Assembly: GCA_029259695.1 (NCBI GenBank)
Contig: JAJDEQ010000056.1
Span: 30,746 to 94,745 of the forward strand
Length of the DNA: 64,000 bases
DNA from: Planctomycetota bacterium
GTDB taxonomy: Bacteria; Planctomycetota; B15-G4
Direction of reading: 5' to 3'
Shown: positions 8,497 to 17,422 of the stretch, piece after piece
How the letters are laid out: every line of letters starts with the position of its first letter
Position numbering within the stretch: the first letter of the stretch is position 1
Translations under genes and position numbers: made by a program
The notes under the pieces: generated by a model
Database searches by the model: none
What the model was told of the DNA's origin: nothing
What the model saw: only the letters and a program-made list of their open reading frames with translations

Positions 8497-11328
8497 ATGA
8501 TGATCTCGCCCCGCCCCGCCCGCGCTTGCGTCACGATTCGCCTCGTCGGACTCGCCCTCGCGGCCGCGTGCCTGCTGCCCAGCACGACACACGCGGCGCC
8601 GCAGCTCGAGCCGATCGACATCGGCCGAGACTCGGTCAACCCGGTCGCGGCCCAGACCAAGCTGGAGAACGAGGACCTGGTCTTCGACTTCCGACGCGAC
8701 GGGACGCGCTTCGAACTCGAGTCGATCACGCCCAAGGCCGATCCCGATTCGCCGATCCTCATGGCGACGGGCTCGGGCAGTTGGACGCTGCGCCTGGCCG
8801 CCAAGGGCGTCCAGCCCATGGAGTGGTTCGAGTTCTCCATGGACGGTTCGGTGTGCGACTCGACAGGTTGCGCGAACCCGACATTGGGCAGCCTCGACTC
8901 CCTGTCGCTCGATGCCGTGCGCGTGGTCCAGCCGTCCGCCCGCATCGAAGCCTATTGGTCGGGGCGCATCACGTTCGCCGGCGCATCGGCGGGCTTCCTC
9001 ATCGTCACCGACTGGCGTGTCGCGCCCGGCTACCCCTTCGGTGTCACGCGCCTGTCGTTCCGATTGACTTCGCCCGGCGCGTTGCCGTTCTACGCGACAC
9101 ACGTCACCTACCCCGACATCCGCGTGCAGTCCTTCGACACGGGCAACGACGCGCTCGTGGTGCCGTGGGTCTCGGGCAGCCTGATCACCGAGCCCACGCA
9201 CGTCGATCACCCGTTCCCGACGTGGTTGGATCGCGAGGACAACTATCTGCCGGTCAGCCTCGGCGCCTACTACGACGGCGCCAAGCCCCGCTCGAACTGC
9301 TTCGTCTTCACCGCCGACGTCGGCGACCACTACTGGAAGGACATGATCTTCCGGGTGCAGAACGACTCGACCGCCGGAACTCCCGGGTGGGTCGGATTCG
9401 ACTTCCGGCACGTGCCGGATGACATCTACGACAGCAAGCAGTACACGACGCCCTACGCCGTGCGCCTGGGCGTCATCGAAGGCGACTGGTGGGATGTGGC
9501 CGACGCCTACCGCTTCTTCCTCGACAACGAGGTGTCCTGGTACGACGGCCCCGTGGCGTCGCCCGCCAACCCGATGCTGCCCGGTGTGAAGGACATCGTG
9601 GCCGAGGTCCTGTTCCAGCCCGGCTTCGACGGCGATCACATGGACCTGATCAACCGTCAGATGATGGACATGACGCGCGTGCTCGGCAGCGACGTCAGCA
9701 CGATCTGGTACCAGTGGCACGCGCCGGACACCTTCAGTCACTTCCTGCTGCACGGTTACCTGCCGGCACGTCCGTCGCTGGGGGCGGCTGTGCGCGAAGC
9801 GCAGAAGCAGTTCGATCACCACGTCTCGCTCTACTACAACAGCAGCCAGGGCGCCGACTACACCGCAGCCGAGCCGCCGATCGTCAACCCCACGCCGTTG
9901 CAGCTCGACGTGTTCGACGCGTTCCTCATCGACGAGGACGGGGATCCGATCTTCGGCCCCGAACCCAACGGTCCGCCGCGCATGGGCCTGCTGGACGCCG
10001 GCAACTCGTGGTGGCGTTCCTTCCTTCCGCTGAACCTGCTCGAGATCGCCGAGTTCACGGACATGAACGGCATCTACCTCGACTTCTGGTTGACGGCGCC
10101 GAACTACGGGGACGATGCGAGCAAGCATGCGTTCCCGCCCGGCGGTGGTCGTTACATGTACGACGAGAAGATGGGACAGCTCGCCGACCTGCGCACCGGT
10201 CTCGGCGCGCTCGCTCCGGTGCCGGACGACTTCGTCGTGTCGATGGAGTACGTGGTCGGGCGTTTCAGTGAAGAGGCCGACATCATGCACGTCGACCCGG
10301 CGGGCAATCTCATGTCCGCCAACTACAACCCGGCGCACCCCGACGCCGAGGCGATGTCGAACGCGGTCACGATCCCGTTCTTCCGGGCCATCTACGACAA
10401 CATCAAGATCAGCCGCATCACGACGGCCGTGCCGACGGTCACCGGCCGCCGTGCCTGGTCCGTGGCCAACAACGTGTTCACGTTCGGCAACATCCCGGGG
10501 CTCACGCGGCCGGCGCTGGAGCTGATCCCGATCTTCTCCGACCGCTTCGCCATCGCGCCCTTCTTCGACTTCGCCGGCATCATCAACTCGCTCAACCCGT
10601 TCGACGACGTGGACGACGAGTTCGCCGGCAACTCCCAGGGCGACGTGATCGACCCGGTAGGCACCGGTGCGGGTGACAGCGAGACCGAGGTCCCGCCGAC
10701 CCCGCCGGACGTGCACCTCGGCTTCACGGTGCAGCCCAAGAACATCTTCAACACGCCGTTCTACGAGTACCTGGGCAACATCACCACCGCCCTGCGCGGC
10801 GACCTGCCGACGCTCGGCAACGGCGCGTTCGGCCTGCGCAACTGGCACAACGGGACGATCCGGCGCCTGCCCGCGTACACCATCACCCAGGTCGGCGGAA
10901 CGCCGTTCGACGGGATCCCCGGCGTGGAGATCGAGCCCGATCCGGAGACGCCGTACCTGATGACGCCGGTGTACACGGAGGAGTTCCCGCTGCCGACGCT
11001 GGGCGAGCCCTATCCCAACGCGATCGGGCCGGCACTCGTGCCGGGGATGTTCCAGGCGCCCGAGGACGCGCCGGGCGGCGATGCCAACTCGCTGGCCTTC
11101 GTGGTCACCAACCCGTGGGTCGATCCGACCCAGTCGGGCGTGTTCGAGATCGACTTCAGCATCGATCCGACGCAGTACCCCCGCTGGCACGACGGCCAGA
11201 ACTACACCGTGGTGCGCTACGACGCCGGTGGAGCGGCGCCGCTCTCGCTCGGGGTGCAGACGGGCGTGTTCCAGCACACCGAAGTGGTCACCGCAGGCGA
11301 GATCTCCTGGTTCGTTCTGCGGCAGTGA
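8497..11328 (+). CDS. Secreted 943-aa protein of unrecognised family (possibly glycoside-hydrolase-like)
   Basis: ATG 8497 is followed by signal peptide 'MMISPRPARACVTIRLVGLALAAACLLPSTTHAAPQ'. Non-biased composition across ~940 aa. Segments such as 'NGIYLDFWLTAPNYGDD' and 'IWYQWHAPDTF' are loosely reminiscent of TIM-barrel glycosidases, which is a weak call. Starts 17 nt after the BNR gene. Confidence 0.6.
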   Translation: MMISPRPARACVTIRLVGLALAAACLLPSTTHAAPQLEPIDIGRDSVNPVAAQTKLENEDLVFDFRRDGTRFELESITPKADPDSPILMATGSGSWTLRLAAKGVQPMEWFEFSMDGSVCDSTGCANPTLGSLDSLSLDAVRVVQPSARIEAYWSGRITFAGASAGFLIVTDWRVAPGYPFGVTRLSFRLTSPGALPFYATHVTYPDIRVQSFDTGNDALVVPWVSGSLITEPTHVDHPFPTWLDREDNYLPVSLGAYYDGAKPRSNCFVFTADVGDHYWKDMIFRVQNDSTAGTPGWVGFDFRHVPDDIYDSKQYTTPYAVRLGVIEGDWWDVADAYRFFLDNEVSWYDGPVASPANPMLPGVKDIVAEVLFQPGFDGDHMDLINRQMMDMTRVLGSDVSTIWYQWHAPDTFSHFLLHGYLPARPSLGAAVREAQKQFDHHVSLYYNSSQGADYTAAEPPIVNPTPLQLDVFDAFLIDEDGDPIFGPEPNGPPRMGLLDAGNSWWRSFLPLNLLEIAEFTDMNGIYLDFWLTAPNYGDDASKHAFPPGGGRYMYDEKMGQLADLRTGLGALAPVPDDFVVSMEYVVGRFSEEADIMHVDPAGNLMSANYNPAHPDAEAMSNAVTIPFFRAIYDNIKISRITTAVPTVTGRRAWSVANNVFTFGNIPGLTRPALELIPIFSDRFAIAPFFDFAGIINSLNPFDDVDDEFAGNSQGDVIDPVGTGAGDSETEVPPTPPDVHLGFTVQPKNIFNTPFYEYLGNITTALRGDLPTLGNGAFGLRNWHNGTIRRLPAYTITQVGGTPFDGIPGVEIEPDPETPYLMTPVYTEEFPLPTLGEPYPNAIGPALVPGMFQAPEDAPGGDANSLAFVVTNPWVDPTQSGVFEIDFSIDPTQYPRWHDGQNYTVVRYDAGGAAPLSLGVQTGVFQHTEVVTAGEISWFVLRQ

Positions 11329-11582
11329 GCACCGCCCGAGAGCCGGAGGCGGCCGGCTCGCGGGCCGCTCTCGGCTTCGCCTGGCGGGCGGTCTCCGCTC
11401 GCCGCTCGGTTGCGGCCGCTCGTCCGCTCGGCGGCGAGCGCTCCGACTCGTTTCTCGGCCGGCCCCGCTGCCGGCCCTGAGCCGGCCTCCCAAGTTCCTT
11501 TCAGCCAGTGACTTAGGTTTCCGCCCGGTTGCGCCGAAGGTGGCGGCAAGATCCGGGGTCCGAATGGCCGAAAGGGGTGCTT

Positions 11583-14500
11583 ATGGTTCACGAGAGCAGT
11601 CCGTCTCCTGTCTCCCCGTCCCGTTCCTCCGAGCCGTCTGGCGGCAAGGACGTGAATGCGTGGATGGAGTCTCACGCCCAACGGCGTTCCCTCGACGACC
11701 TCGCCAAGGCCGGCAAGCGGCACGTGCGCGTGGTCTCGAAGGCGAAGATCCTCGAGCTGATCCGCGCCAGTGTGGCCGACGCCGTGGCGCGTCAGTCCTC
11801 GGGTCTGGATGCCGACGAGCGGGCTCGATTGGTCGAGCACGCTCGGCGACGCTTTGGTCGCGTGGCCCGCATGCAGGCCGAGGCGGATGCGGAGATCCGG
11901 CGTCTGAAGGACGCCGTGGCCGAGTACGAAGAGCAGATCGCTCAGTTCGAGGCGAACGAGAGCACGCTGCGCGAGCGCCTCGGGGATCGGGACGACGATG
12001 CTCGGGGTGAGCTCGACGGCATGCGTGAGCGCGCCGACGCGGCCCAGGAACGCATCGGCGAGTTCGAGCAGCGCATCGCCGAACTCATGCAGCAGGTGCG
12101 CCACGCGGAGGGCGTCGAGCGCGAGTTGCAGCAGACCCTCGCGGGCAAGGATGCCGAACTCGACGCAGGTCGTGAGCAGCTCGAGGCCAACCGGCGTGAG
12201 TTGCAGGAGCGCATCGAGGCCATGTCGGCGCGAGACGCCGATGTGGGTGACGACTCCCAGGAGCTGGATGATCTGCGTGTCCGCCTGGAGCAGACCGAGC
12301 GCTCGTTGCAGGAGGCGCAGGCAGAGCTGGGCGCACGCGACGATGCCCTGCGCGGCAAGGACGAGGAACTGCGCGCCATCCACAGCGAGGTGGAGGGCAC
12401 GACGGCCGCGGCACTGGTCGAACTGAAGACCGCGGTCGGGGGCCTGGGTCAGCAGGTGTTCGACGTGACCGCCCTCGACGACATGCTGGACCGTCTGCGT
12501 GGGTGGAGCGAGGAGAACGCCCGCCACGCCGAACTCCGCCTCGAGGAGCGCCTGGCCCAGCTCGCCGAAGCGATCGGTGGCTCGACCGCCGGCTCGATCG
12601 AGAGCGGGGCGGCGTCGCTGGACGCCCTGACCCGCCAGCTGGGCCAGATGGGTGAAGCCGTCGCCAACCTCGGCTCGGCCCCGGACACCGAGGCCCTCAG
12701 TGCGGTGTGGCGCGAGACGTTCGCCCAGGAGCGCCAGGCGGCCAAGGAGCGTGAGGCCGCCACGGCCCGCGCCTTCGCCGAGCAGACCGAGAGCATGAGC
12801 CGCGCGTTCGAAGAGCACCAGGAACGCCTGCGGCAGGAGTGGAACGAGCAGTGGCAGACCCAGTGGGCCGCCCTGCAGGAGCGCACCACGGGCGGCCAGT
12901 CCGAGGTGAACGCGGAGGTGCGCGCGCTCTTCGATGACGTTCGTGCCGAGGTCGAGACGCTGCGCACCCTGTGGGCTTCGCAGTCGACCGACCAGACCTC
13001 CACCGACCAGCTCGACGCCTTCGCGAGCGGCATGCGCGAACAGAGTTCACAGGTCGCGTCGCTGGAGAAGCGCCTGATGAACTGGCTCGGCAGCCGGTTC
13101 GAGGAGTTCGGTGTGGCGTTCGCGGGTGATGCCGAGGCGCGGACCGGCCGGCTCGAGCAGTCGTCCGAGCGCCTGGGCGAAGGCTTGCAGGCCCTGCGCC
13201 AGGACGTCGCCGACCTGCGCTCCGGCGCCGAGGCGCGCGATGAGCAGGCTGCCCAGGACGATTCGCGCAGCCTGCTGAACACGATGCAGGCCACACTCAC
13301 CAAGCTCGAGCAGCGTTCCGACAGCCCCGACACGAGTCTGTCCGAGGCGTTGGAACGCATCCAGACCTCCGTCGCCGAGTGCCGCAGGGCCGTGTCCGAG
13401 AGTCGCGCCCTGATCGAGCAGGATCAGGCGCGTTCCAACGAGAACGATCCGGCCATGCTCTCGTTGCTCGACGATCTGAGCAACGCCCTGAGCACGATGC
13501 AGTCGCGCCACGGCCAGGCAGACGAGGCCCTGACCAACCGGTTCGACGAGTTCGGCAAGGCCCTCGACGGGTTGCAGTCGCGCAACGAAGAGCTGTTGTC
13601 CGACAGGTTCGGCGCGCTCGACGAAGCCTTGCGTGGGCTGCAGGTGGAGCGCGGCCATGTCGAGGAATCGCTGAGCGCCAGGCTCGGTGAGCTCGGCCAG
13701 GCGCTGAGCGCGTTGCAGTCGAGCTCCGGCGGTGCCGAGGAGTCCCTGAACGCGAAGCTCGGCGAGATCAGCCAGGCGCTGAGCGCGTTGCAGTCGAGCT
13801 CCGGCAGCACCGACGACTCCCTGAACGCGAACTTCGGTCGGCTCGAACAGGCCTTCCGCGAGTTGCAGTCGCAGCAGGGGGCGGTGGACGAGACACTGAG
13901 CACGAGATTCGAGGAGCTGCTCGAGGCCTTCAACGCACTCCAGTCGACCAGTGGAACCGCAGGGCAGGCCCTGTCCGCCAAGCTCGACACGCTCACCGAG
14001 CGCAGCGGCGCCACCGACGAGTCGGTCACCCGGACGCTCTCCGAACTGCGCGCGACCCTCGATGCATGGAGCGCCCAGGCTGGCGCTCCCGACCCGTCGC
14101 TCGTCTCGGCGCTCGAGGAACTGCGCGGCATGCTCGCGTCCCGGCCCGCCGACCCCGAGGCCTCGTTCGGCGCGATGCTCGAGGAGATCAAGGTGACGCT
14201 GGGCTCGGTTGCGAGTCAACTCGAACAGCCCTCGCGCAGCGACCCGTCGCTGATCAAGGCCATGGGCGAACTGCGTGCCGCGATCGGTGCGCTGGAAGAG
14301 CAGGGCGGTCAGACCGATCCTGCACTCGCACAGTTGCAGCACGAGGTGCAGGCCGCGTTTGCGCGTCTCGAACAGCGCCCGGCGGGGCCCGACGAAGCGG
14401 CGTGGGGACAGCTCTCGGCCTCGGTCACCAAGCTGCTCGAGCGCCCCTCGGCCTCACCCGACCAACTGACCCAGGTGCTCGAAGAACTCCGCGGGCGCTT

Positions 14501-17396
14501 CGATCAGTGGACGCCGCAGGCCGACCCGCGTGTGCTCGAGGCGCTCGATGGCCTCGGTACTCGCGTCGACGAATGGACACGGCAGGACGCTCAGGGCGAC
14601 GACGCGACGGCAGGTGCTCTCGAGGCCCTGCGCGAGCGGCTCACCGGCTGGGAAGGCCGCTGGGACGATGCTCATCCGGCCGTGCTCTCGGCGTTGTCCG
14701 AACTCCGCGAGGCGATCTCCGCCAAGCGTCAGCCCGACCCGACGCTCGTCGCCGCGCTCGACGACGTACGCGGCACGCTCGCCAATTGGGAAGCCCGTTG
14801 GGATGAGCGCGACCCTCAGATCAGCTCGGCGCTCCAGGCGATCCGGGGCAGCCTGACCGATTGGGAATCCCGCTGGACGGCCTCCGACGGTTCGGTCGTG
14901 TCGGCGCTCGAAGCCGTGACCGGGTCGGTCGAGTCGCTGGCCGCCCGACCCGGCCCGGAAGCCGCGCTCGGGATCCTGAACGATCGCTTCGAGTCGCTGC
15001 GCACGTCGGTGGACTCGCTGGCCGCCCAGCCCGGAGCAGAGGCCGTGTTCGATGGCCTTGAGCAGCGCTTCGAGTCGCTGCGCGCATCGGTGGACGCGCT
15101 GGCTGCCCAGCCCGGCGCCGCCGCGTTGTTCGACGACTTCAACCAACGCTTCGAGTCGCTGCGCACGTCGGTGGACTCGCTGGCCGCCCAGCCCGGCGCC
15201 GCCGCGTTGTTCGACGACTTCAACCAGCGCTTCGAGTCACTGCGCGCGTCGATGGACTCGCTGGCCGCCCAGCCCGGAGCGGAGGCCGTGTTCGATGGCC
15301 TCGAGCAGCGCTTCGAGTCGCTGCGCGCGTCGGTCGACAGCCTGAACGCCCAGCCGGGTGCCGATGCCGTGATCAGCGAACTGGGCGGTCGGCTCGACTC
15401 CCTGTGTTCCGCGGTGGACACGCTGTCCACCAAGCCCGGCGCGGAAGCCGTGTTCGGTGACCTCGAGGCACGCTTCGATTCGCTGCGGAACTCCTTGGCG
15501 GAACTGGCGTCGCAGCCCGGCGCCGACGCACTCGTCGGTGCATTGAGTGAGCGCTTCGATGCGCTCGACTCCACGCTGAGTGCCCTGGCCTCCAAGCCCG
15601 GGGCCGACGCCGTGTTCAGCGACTTCAACGAACGCTTCGAATCGCTGCGCTCGACGCTGGACGGCCTGGCCTCCAGGCCCGGTGCCGAGGCGTTGTCCGG
15701 CGAGTTGGAACAACGCTTCGAGTCGCTGCGCGAGAACCTCGCCGCCCTGCGCGCCGAGGCCGGAGCACCTCAGGCCGAGACGCGCAATGCACTGGCTGAG
15801 CTGCGTGACGCGGTCACGGAGCTCGCGACCCGTCCGGAGGTCAGCGGGACCGAGCCGTTGCAGGGGCAGATGGAGACGCTGGAAGCCGCACTGTCGGGCA
15901 TCCAGGAACGCACCACGGACCAGATCGACTGGTCGCGTCGCACCCTCGGCGGCCTGTTCGAGGAGCTGAAGAACGTGCGCTCCATGGTGGAGAACCCCTC
16001 GGTGCAACCGGACCCGTCCACGCACAGGGCCCTGCGGGACATCCAGGCCACGCTGGCCGCGCTCGAGGAGCGTCAGCCGTCCGATCCCGACGTGTCGATG
16101 CACACGGCGCTGCGGGACATCCAGATGACGCTGGCCAACCTGGAACAGCGTCAGCCGTCCGATCCCGACGCGGCGATGCACGCCGCCCTGCGGGACATCC
16201 AGACCACCCTGGCGCACCTCGAGCAGCGCGAACCGCCCAGCGCCAAGCCCGACCCGTCGCTGCACGCCGCCCTGCGCGACATGCAGATGACGCTGGCCAA
16301 CCTGGAGCAGCGGGAAGCGCCGGCGCCCCAGCCGGACCCGTCGATGCACGCTGCCTTGCGGGACATCCAGATGACGCTGGCCACCCTGGAACAGCGCGAC
16401 CCGACGCAGACCGATGCCTCGCTGAACACGGCGCTGCAGGACATCCAGGCCACCCTGGCCAACCTGGAACAGCGCGAGCCGGCCCAGCCCGATGCCTCGC
16501 TGCACGCCGCCCTGCGCGACATGCAGATGACGCTGGCCAACCTCGAGCAGCGCGAACCGGCCGGGCCCGACGCCTCGGTGCACGCGGCCCTGCGCGACAT
16601 GCAGATGACGCTGGCCAATCTCGAACAGCGCGCACCGGCCGGCCCCGACGCCTCGGTGCACGCGGCCCTGCGCGACATGCAGATGACGCTGGCCAACCTC
16701 GAGCAGCGCGCACAGGCCCAGCCCGACGCCTCGCTGAACGCTGCGTTGCAGAGCATCCAGACGCAGCTTGCGCAACTCGAGCAGCGCTCCGGCTCGCTCG
16801 ACGCGAAGTCGCTGGAGAAGCTGCTGAAGAAGCACGGCAACCGGAGCTCGCTGCAGAGCGACGCCGCGGCCATCGGCCCGCTGCAGGAGATGGTGCAGGA
16901 GAAGCTCGACGCCATGGCGTCGGTCGTCGAGGCCACCCGCGCCGACGACTCGGCGCGTCAGGCCTTCGCCGCCATCGACCGTCTCGACGGTGAGTTGCAG
17001 GCGGTGCGCTCCACGCTCGACGCGATCGCCCAGCGCACCACGGCGGCGCCCGACGAAGGGTCGACGCGCAACGCCCTCGATTCGATCCAGAGCTCGCTCG
17101 AAGCGCTGACCGGACGGAACACGCAGGACACGACCCGGGCGGCTTTCGACGAACTGCGCCACTCGCTCGACACCAAGCTGGCCGAGATGGCGTCGTCTCT
17201 GCGCAGCGGGCCGGCCACCGCCCCGCAGGCGCGCGCGCCCGTGAGGCGGGCCGAGCCGCTGGCGGACATGGGCGGCAACTATCGCGAGATCCGCGTCGAG
17301 GAGCGGCAGAGCGCCGCGGAACTGGACGAGGGCATCGCCCTGCTGCGGTCGGTCGGTGCGGGACAGCTCGTCCCGGCCTGGTCGACGGGCGCGTGA
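11583..17396 (+). CDS. Giant (1937 aa) D/E-rich coiled-coil / tandem-repeat protein
   Basis: ATG 11583 with AAGGGG 7 nt upstream. The N-terminal ~450 aa have heptad-like, E/R/Q/L/A-rich coiled-coil character. The rest is built from 25-, 27- and 26-28-aa tandem repeats (see repeat features). No enzymatic motifs and no signal peptide seen. The stop TGA 17394-17396 overlaps an in-frame GTG (17393) of the next ORF. Confidence 0.85.
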   Translation: MVHESSPSPVSPSRSSEPSGGKDVNAWMESHAQRRSLDDLAKAGKRHVRVVSKAKILELIRASVADAVARQSSGLDADERARLVEHARRRFGRVARMQAEADAEIRRLKDAVAEYEEQIAQFEANESTLRERLGDRDDDARGELDGMRERADAAQERIGEFEQRIAELMQQVRHAEGVERELQQTLAGKDAELDAGREQLEANRRELQERIEAMSARDADVGDDSQELDDLRVRLEQTERSLQEAQAELGARDDALRGKDEELRAIHSEVEGTTAAALVELKTAVGGLGQQVFDVTALDDMLDRLRGWSEENARHAELRLEERLAQLAEAIGGSTAGSIESGAASLDALTRQLGQMGEAVANLGSAPDTEALSAVWRETFAQERQAAKEREAATARAFAEQTESMSRAFEEHQERLRQEWNEQWQTQWAALQERTTGGQSEVNAEVRALFDDVRAEVETLRTLWASQSTDQTSTDQLDAFASGMREQSSQVASLEKRLMNWLGSRFEEFGVAFAGDAEARTGRLEQSSERLGEGLQALRQDVADLRSGAEARDEQAAQDDSRSLLNTMQATLTKLEQRSDSPDTSLSEALERIQTSVAECRRAVSESRALIEQDQARSNENDPAMLSLLDDLSNALSTMQSRHGQADEALTNRFDEFGKALDGLQSRNEELLSDRFGALDEALRGLQVERGHVEESLSARLGELGQALSALQSSSGGAEESLNAKLGEISQALSALQSSSGSTDDSLNANFGRLEQAFRELQSQQGAVDETLSTRFEELLEAFNALQSTSGTAGQALSAKLDTLTERSGATDESVTRTLSELRATLDAWSAQAGAPDPSLVSALEELRGMLASRPADPEASFGAMLEEIKVTLGSVASQLEQPSRSDPSLIKAMGELRAAIGALEEQGGQTDPALAQLQHEVQAAFARLEQRPAGPDEAAWGQLSASVTKLLERPSASPDQLTQVLEELRGRFDQWTPQADPRVLEALDGLGTRVDEWTRQDAQGDDATAGALEALRERLTGWEGRWDDAHPAVLSALSELREAISAKRQPDPTLVAALDDVRGTLANWEARWDERDPQISSALQAIRGSLTDWESRWTASDGSVVSALEAVTGSVESLAARPGPEAALGILNDRFESLRTSVDSLAAQPGAEAVFDGLEQRFESLRASVDALAAQPGAAALFDDFNQRFESLRTSVDSLAAQPGAAALFDDFNQRFESLRASMDSLAAQPGAEAVFDGLEQRFESLRASVDSLNAQPGADAVISELGGRLDSLCSAVDTLSTKPGAEAVFGDLEARFDSLRNSLAELASQPGADALVGALSERFDALDSTLSALASKPGADAVFSDFNERFESLRSTLDGLASRPGAEALSGELEQRFESLRENLAALRAEAGAPQAETRNALAELRDAVTELATRPEVSGTEPLQGQMETLEAALSGIQERTTDQIDWSRRTLGGLFEELKNVRSMVENPSVQPDPSTHRALRDIQATLAALEERQPSDPDVSMHTALRDIQMTLANLEQRQPSDPDAAMHAALRDIQTTLAHLEQREPPSAKPDPSLHAALRDMQMTLANLEQREAPAPQPDPSMHAALRDIQMTLATLEQRDPTQTDASLNTALQDIQATLANLEQREPAQPDASLHAALRDMQMTLANLEQREPAGPDASVHAALRDMQMTLANLEQRAPAGPDASVHAALRDMQMTLANLEQRAQAQPDASLNAALQSIQTQLAQLEQRSGSLDAKSLEKLLKKHGNRSSLQSDAAAIGPLQEMVQEKLDAMASVVEATRADDSARQAFAAIDRLDGELQAVRSTLDAIAQRTTAAPDEGSTRNALDSIQSSLEALTGRNTQDTTRAAFDELRHSLDTKLAEMASSLRSGPATAPQARAPVRRAEPLADMGGNYREIRVEERQSAAELDEGIALLRSVGAGQLVPAWSTGA
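13668..13967 (+). repeat. Four tandem 75-bp (25-aa) coding repeats inside the giant gene
   Basis: Units 'SLSARLGELGQALSALQSSSGGAEE', 'SLNAKLGEISQALSALQSSSGSTDD', 'SLNANFGRLEQAFRELQSQQGAVDE', 'TLSTRFEELLEAFNALQSTSGTAGQ'. The 30-mer gcgctgagcgcgttgcagtcgagctccggc recurs exactly 75 bp apart (13701 and 13776). Looser related units extend on both sides (~13500-14930). Confidence 0.85.
14940..15749 (+). repeat. Ten tandem 81-bp (27-aa) coding repeats inside the giant gene
   Basis: Units of the form 'AAQPGAEAVFDGLEQRFESLRASVDSL'. The central copies ('AAQPGAAALFDDFNQRFESLR(T/A)S(V/M)DSL') are nearly identical at DNA level by eye. Confidence 0.9.
16005..16787 (+). repeat. Ten tandem 72-84-bp (24-28-aa) coding repeats inside the giant gene
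   Basis: Units of the form 'EPA(G/Q)PDAS(L/V)HAALRDMQMTLANLEQR'. Copies 8 and 9 are almost identical over 78 bp (16569 versus 16647). Confidence 0.9.
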
Positions 17397-17422
17397 CGAG
17401 GACGGACCCAGGAGATCCCACG

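Noticed and set aside
11336-11374. An 8-bp stem (ccgagagc/gctctcgg) after the stop of the 943-aa protein gene, as a possible terminator
   Set aside because: The loop is 23 nt and no T-tract follows. It is too weak to call in GC-rich sequence, where such stems arise by chance.
8446-11493. A 1015-aa ORF on the - strand, antisense to the 943-aa secreted protein gene
   Set aside because: Its composition is extremely R/G/A/H/D/V-rich and it has no motifs. This is typical of antisense ORFs in GC-rich DNA, and the + strand ORF has a signal peptide and balanced composition. The same reasoning applies to 506..1858(-), 2180..3448(-), 3388..5292(+), 6239..8188(-) upstream of 6574, 11217..12818(-), 15237..17162(-), 15841..17487(-), 17279..19543(-), 23756..26611(+), 27219..29606(+), 38896..40686(+), 42029..44245(+), 47239..49236(+), 49079..52252(+), 52186..53574(+), 53743..56184(-) and 56142..57476(-).
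13668-16787. Regular 75-84-bp repeats that could superficially be taken for a CRISPR-like or satellite array
   Set aside because: The repeats are contiguous with no unique spacers. They are in frame within one long ORF and are conserved at the amino-acid level with synonymous drift, so they are coding tandem repeats.
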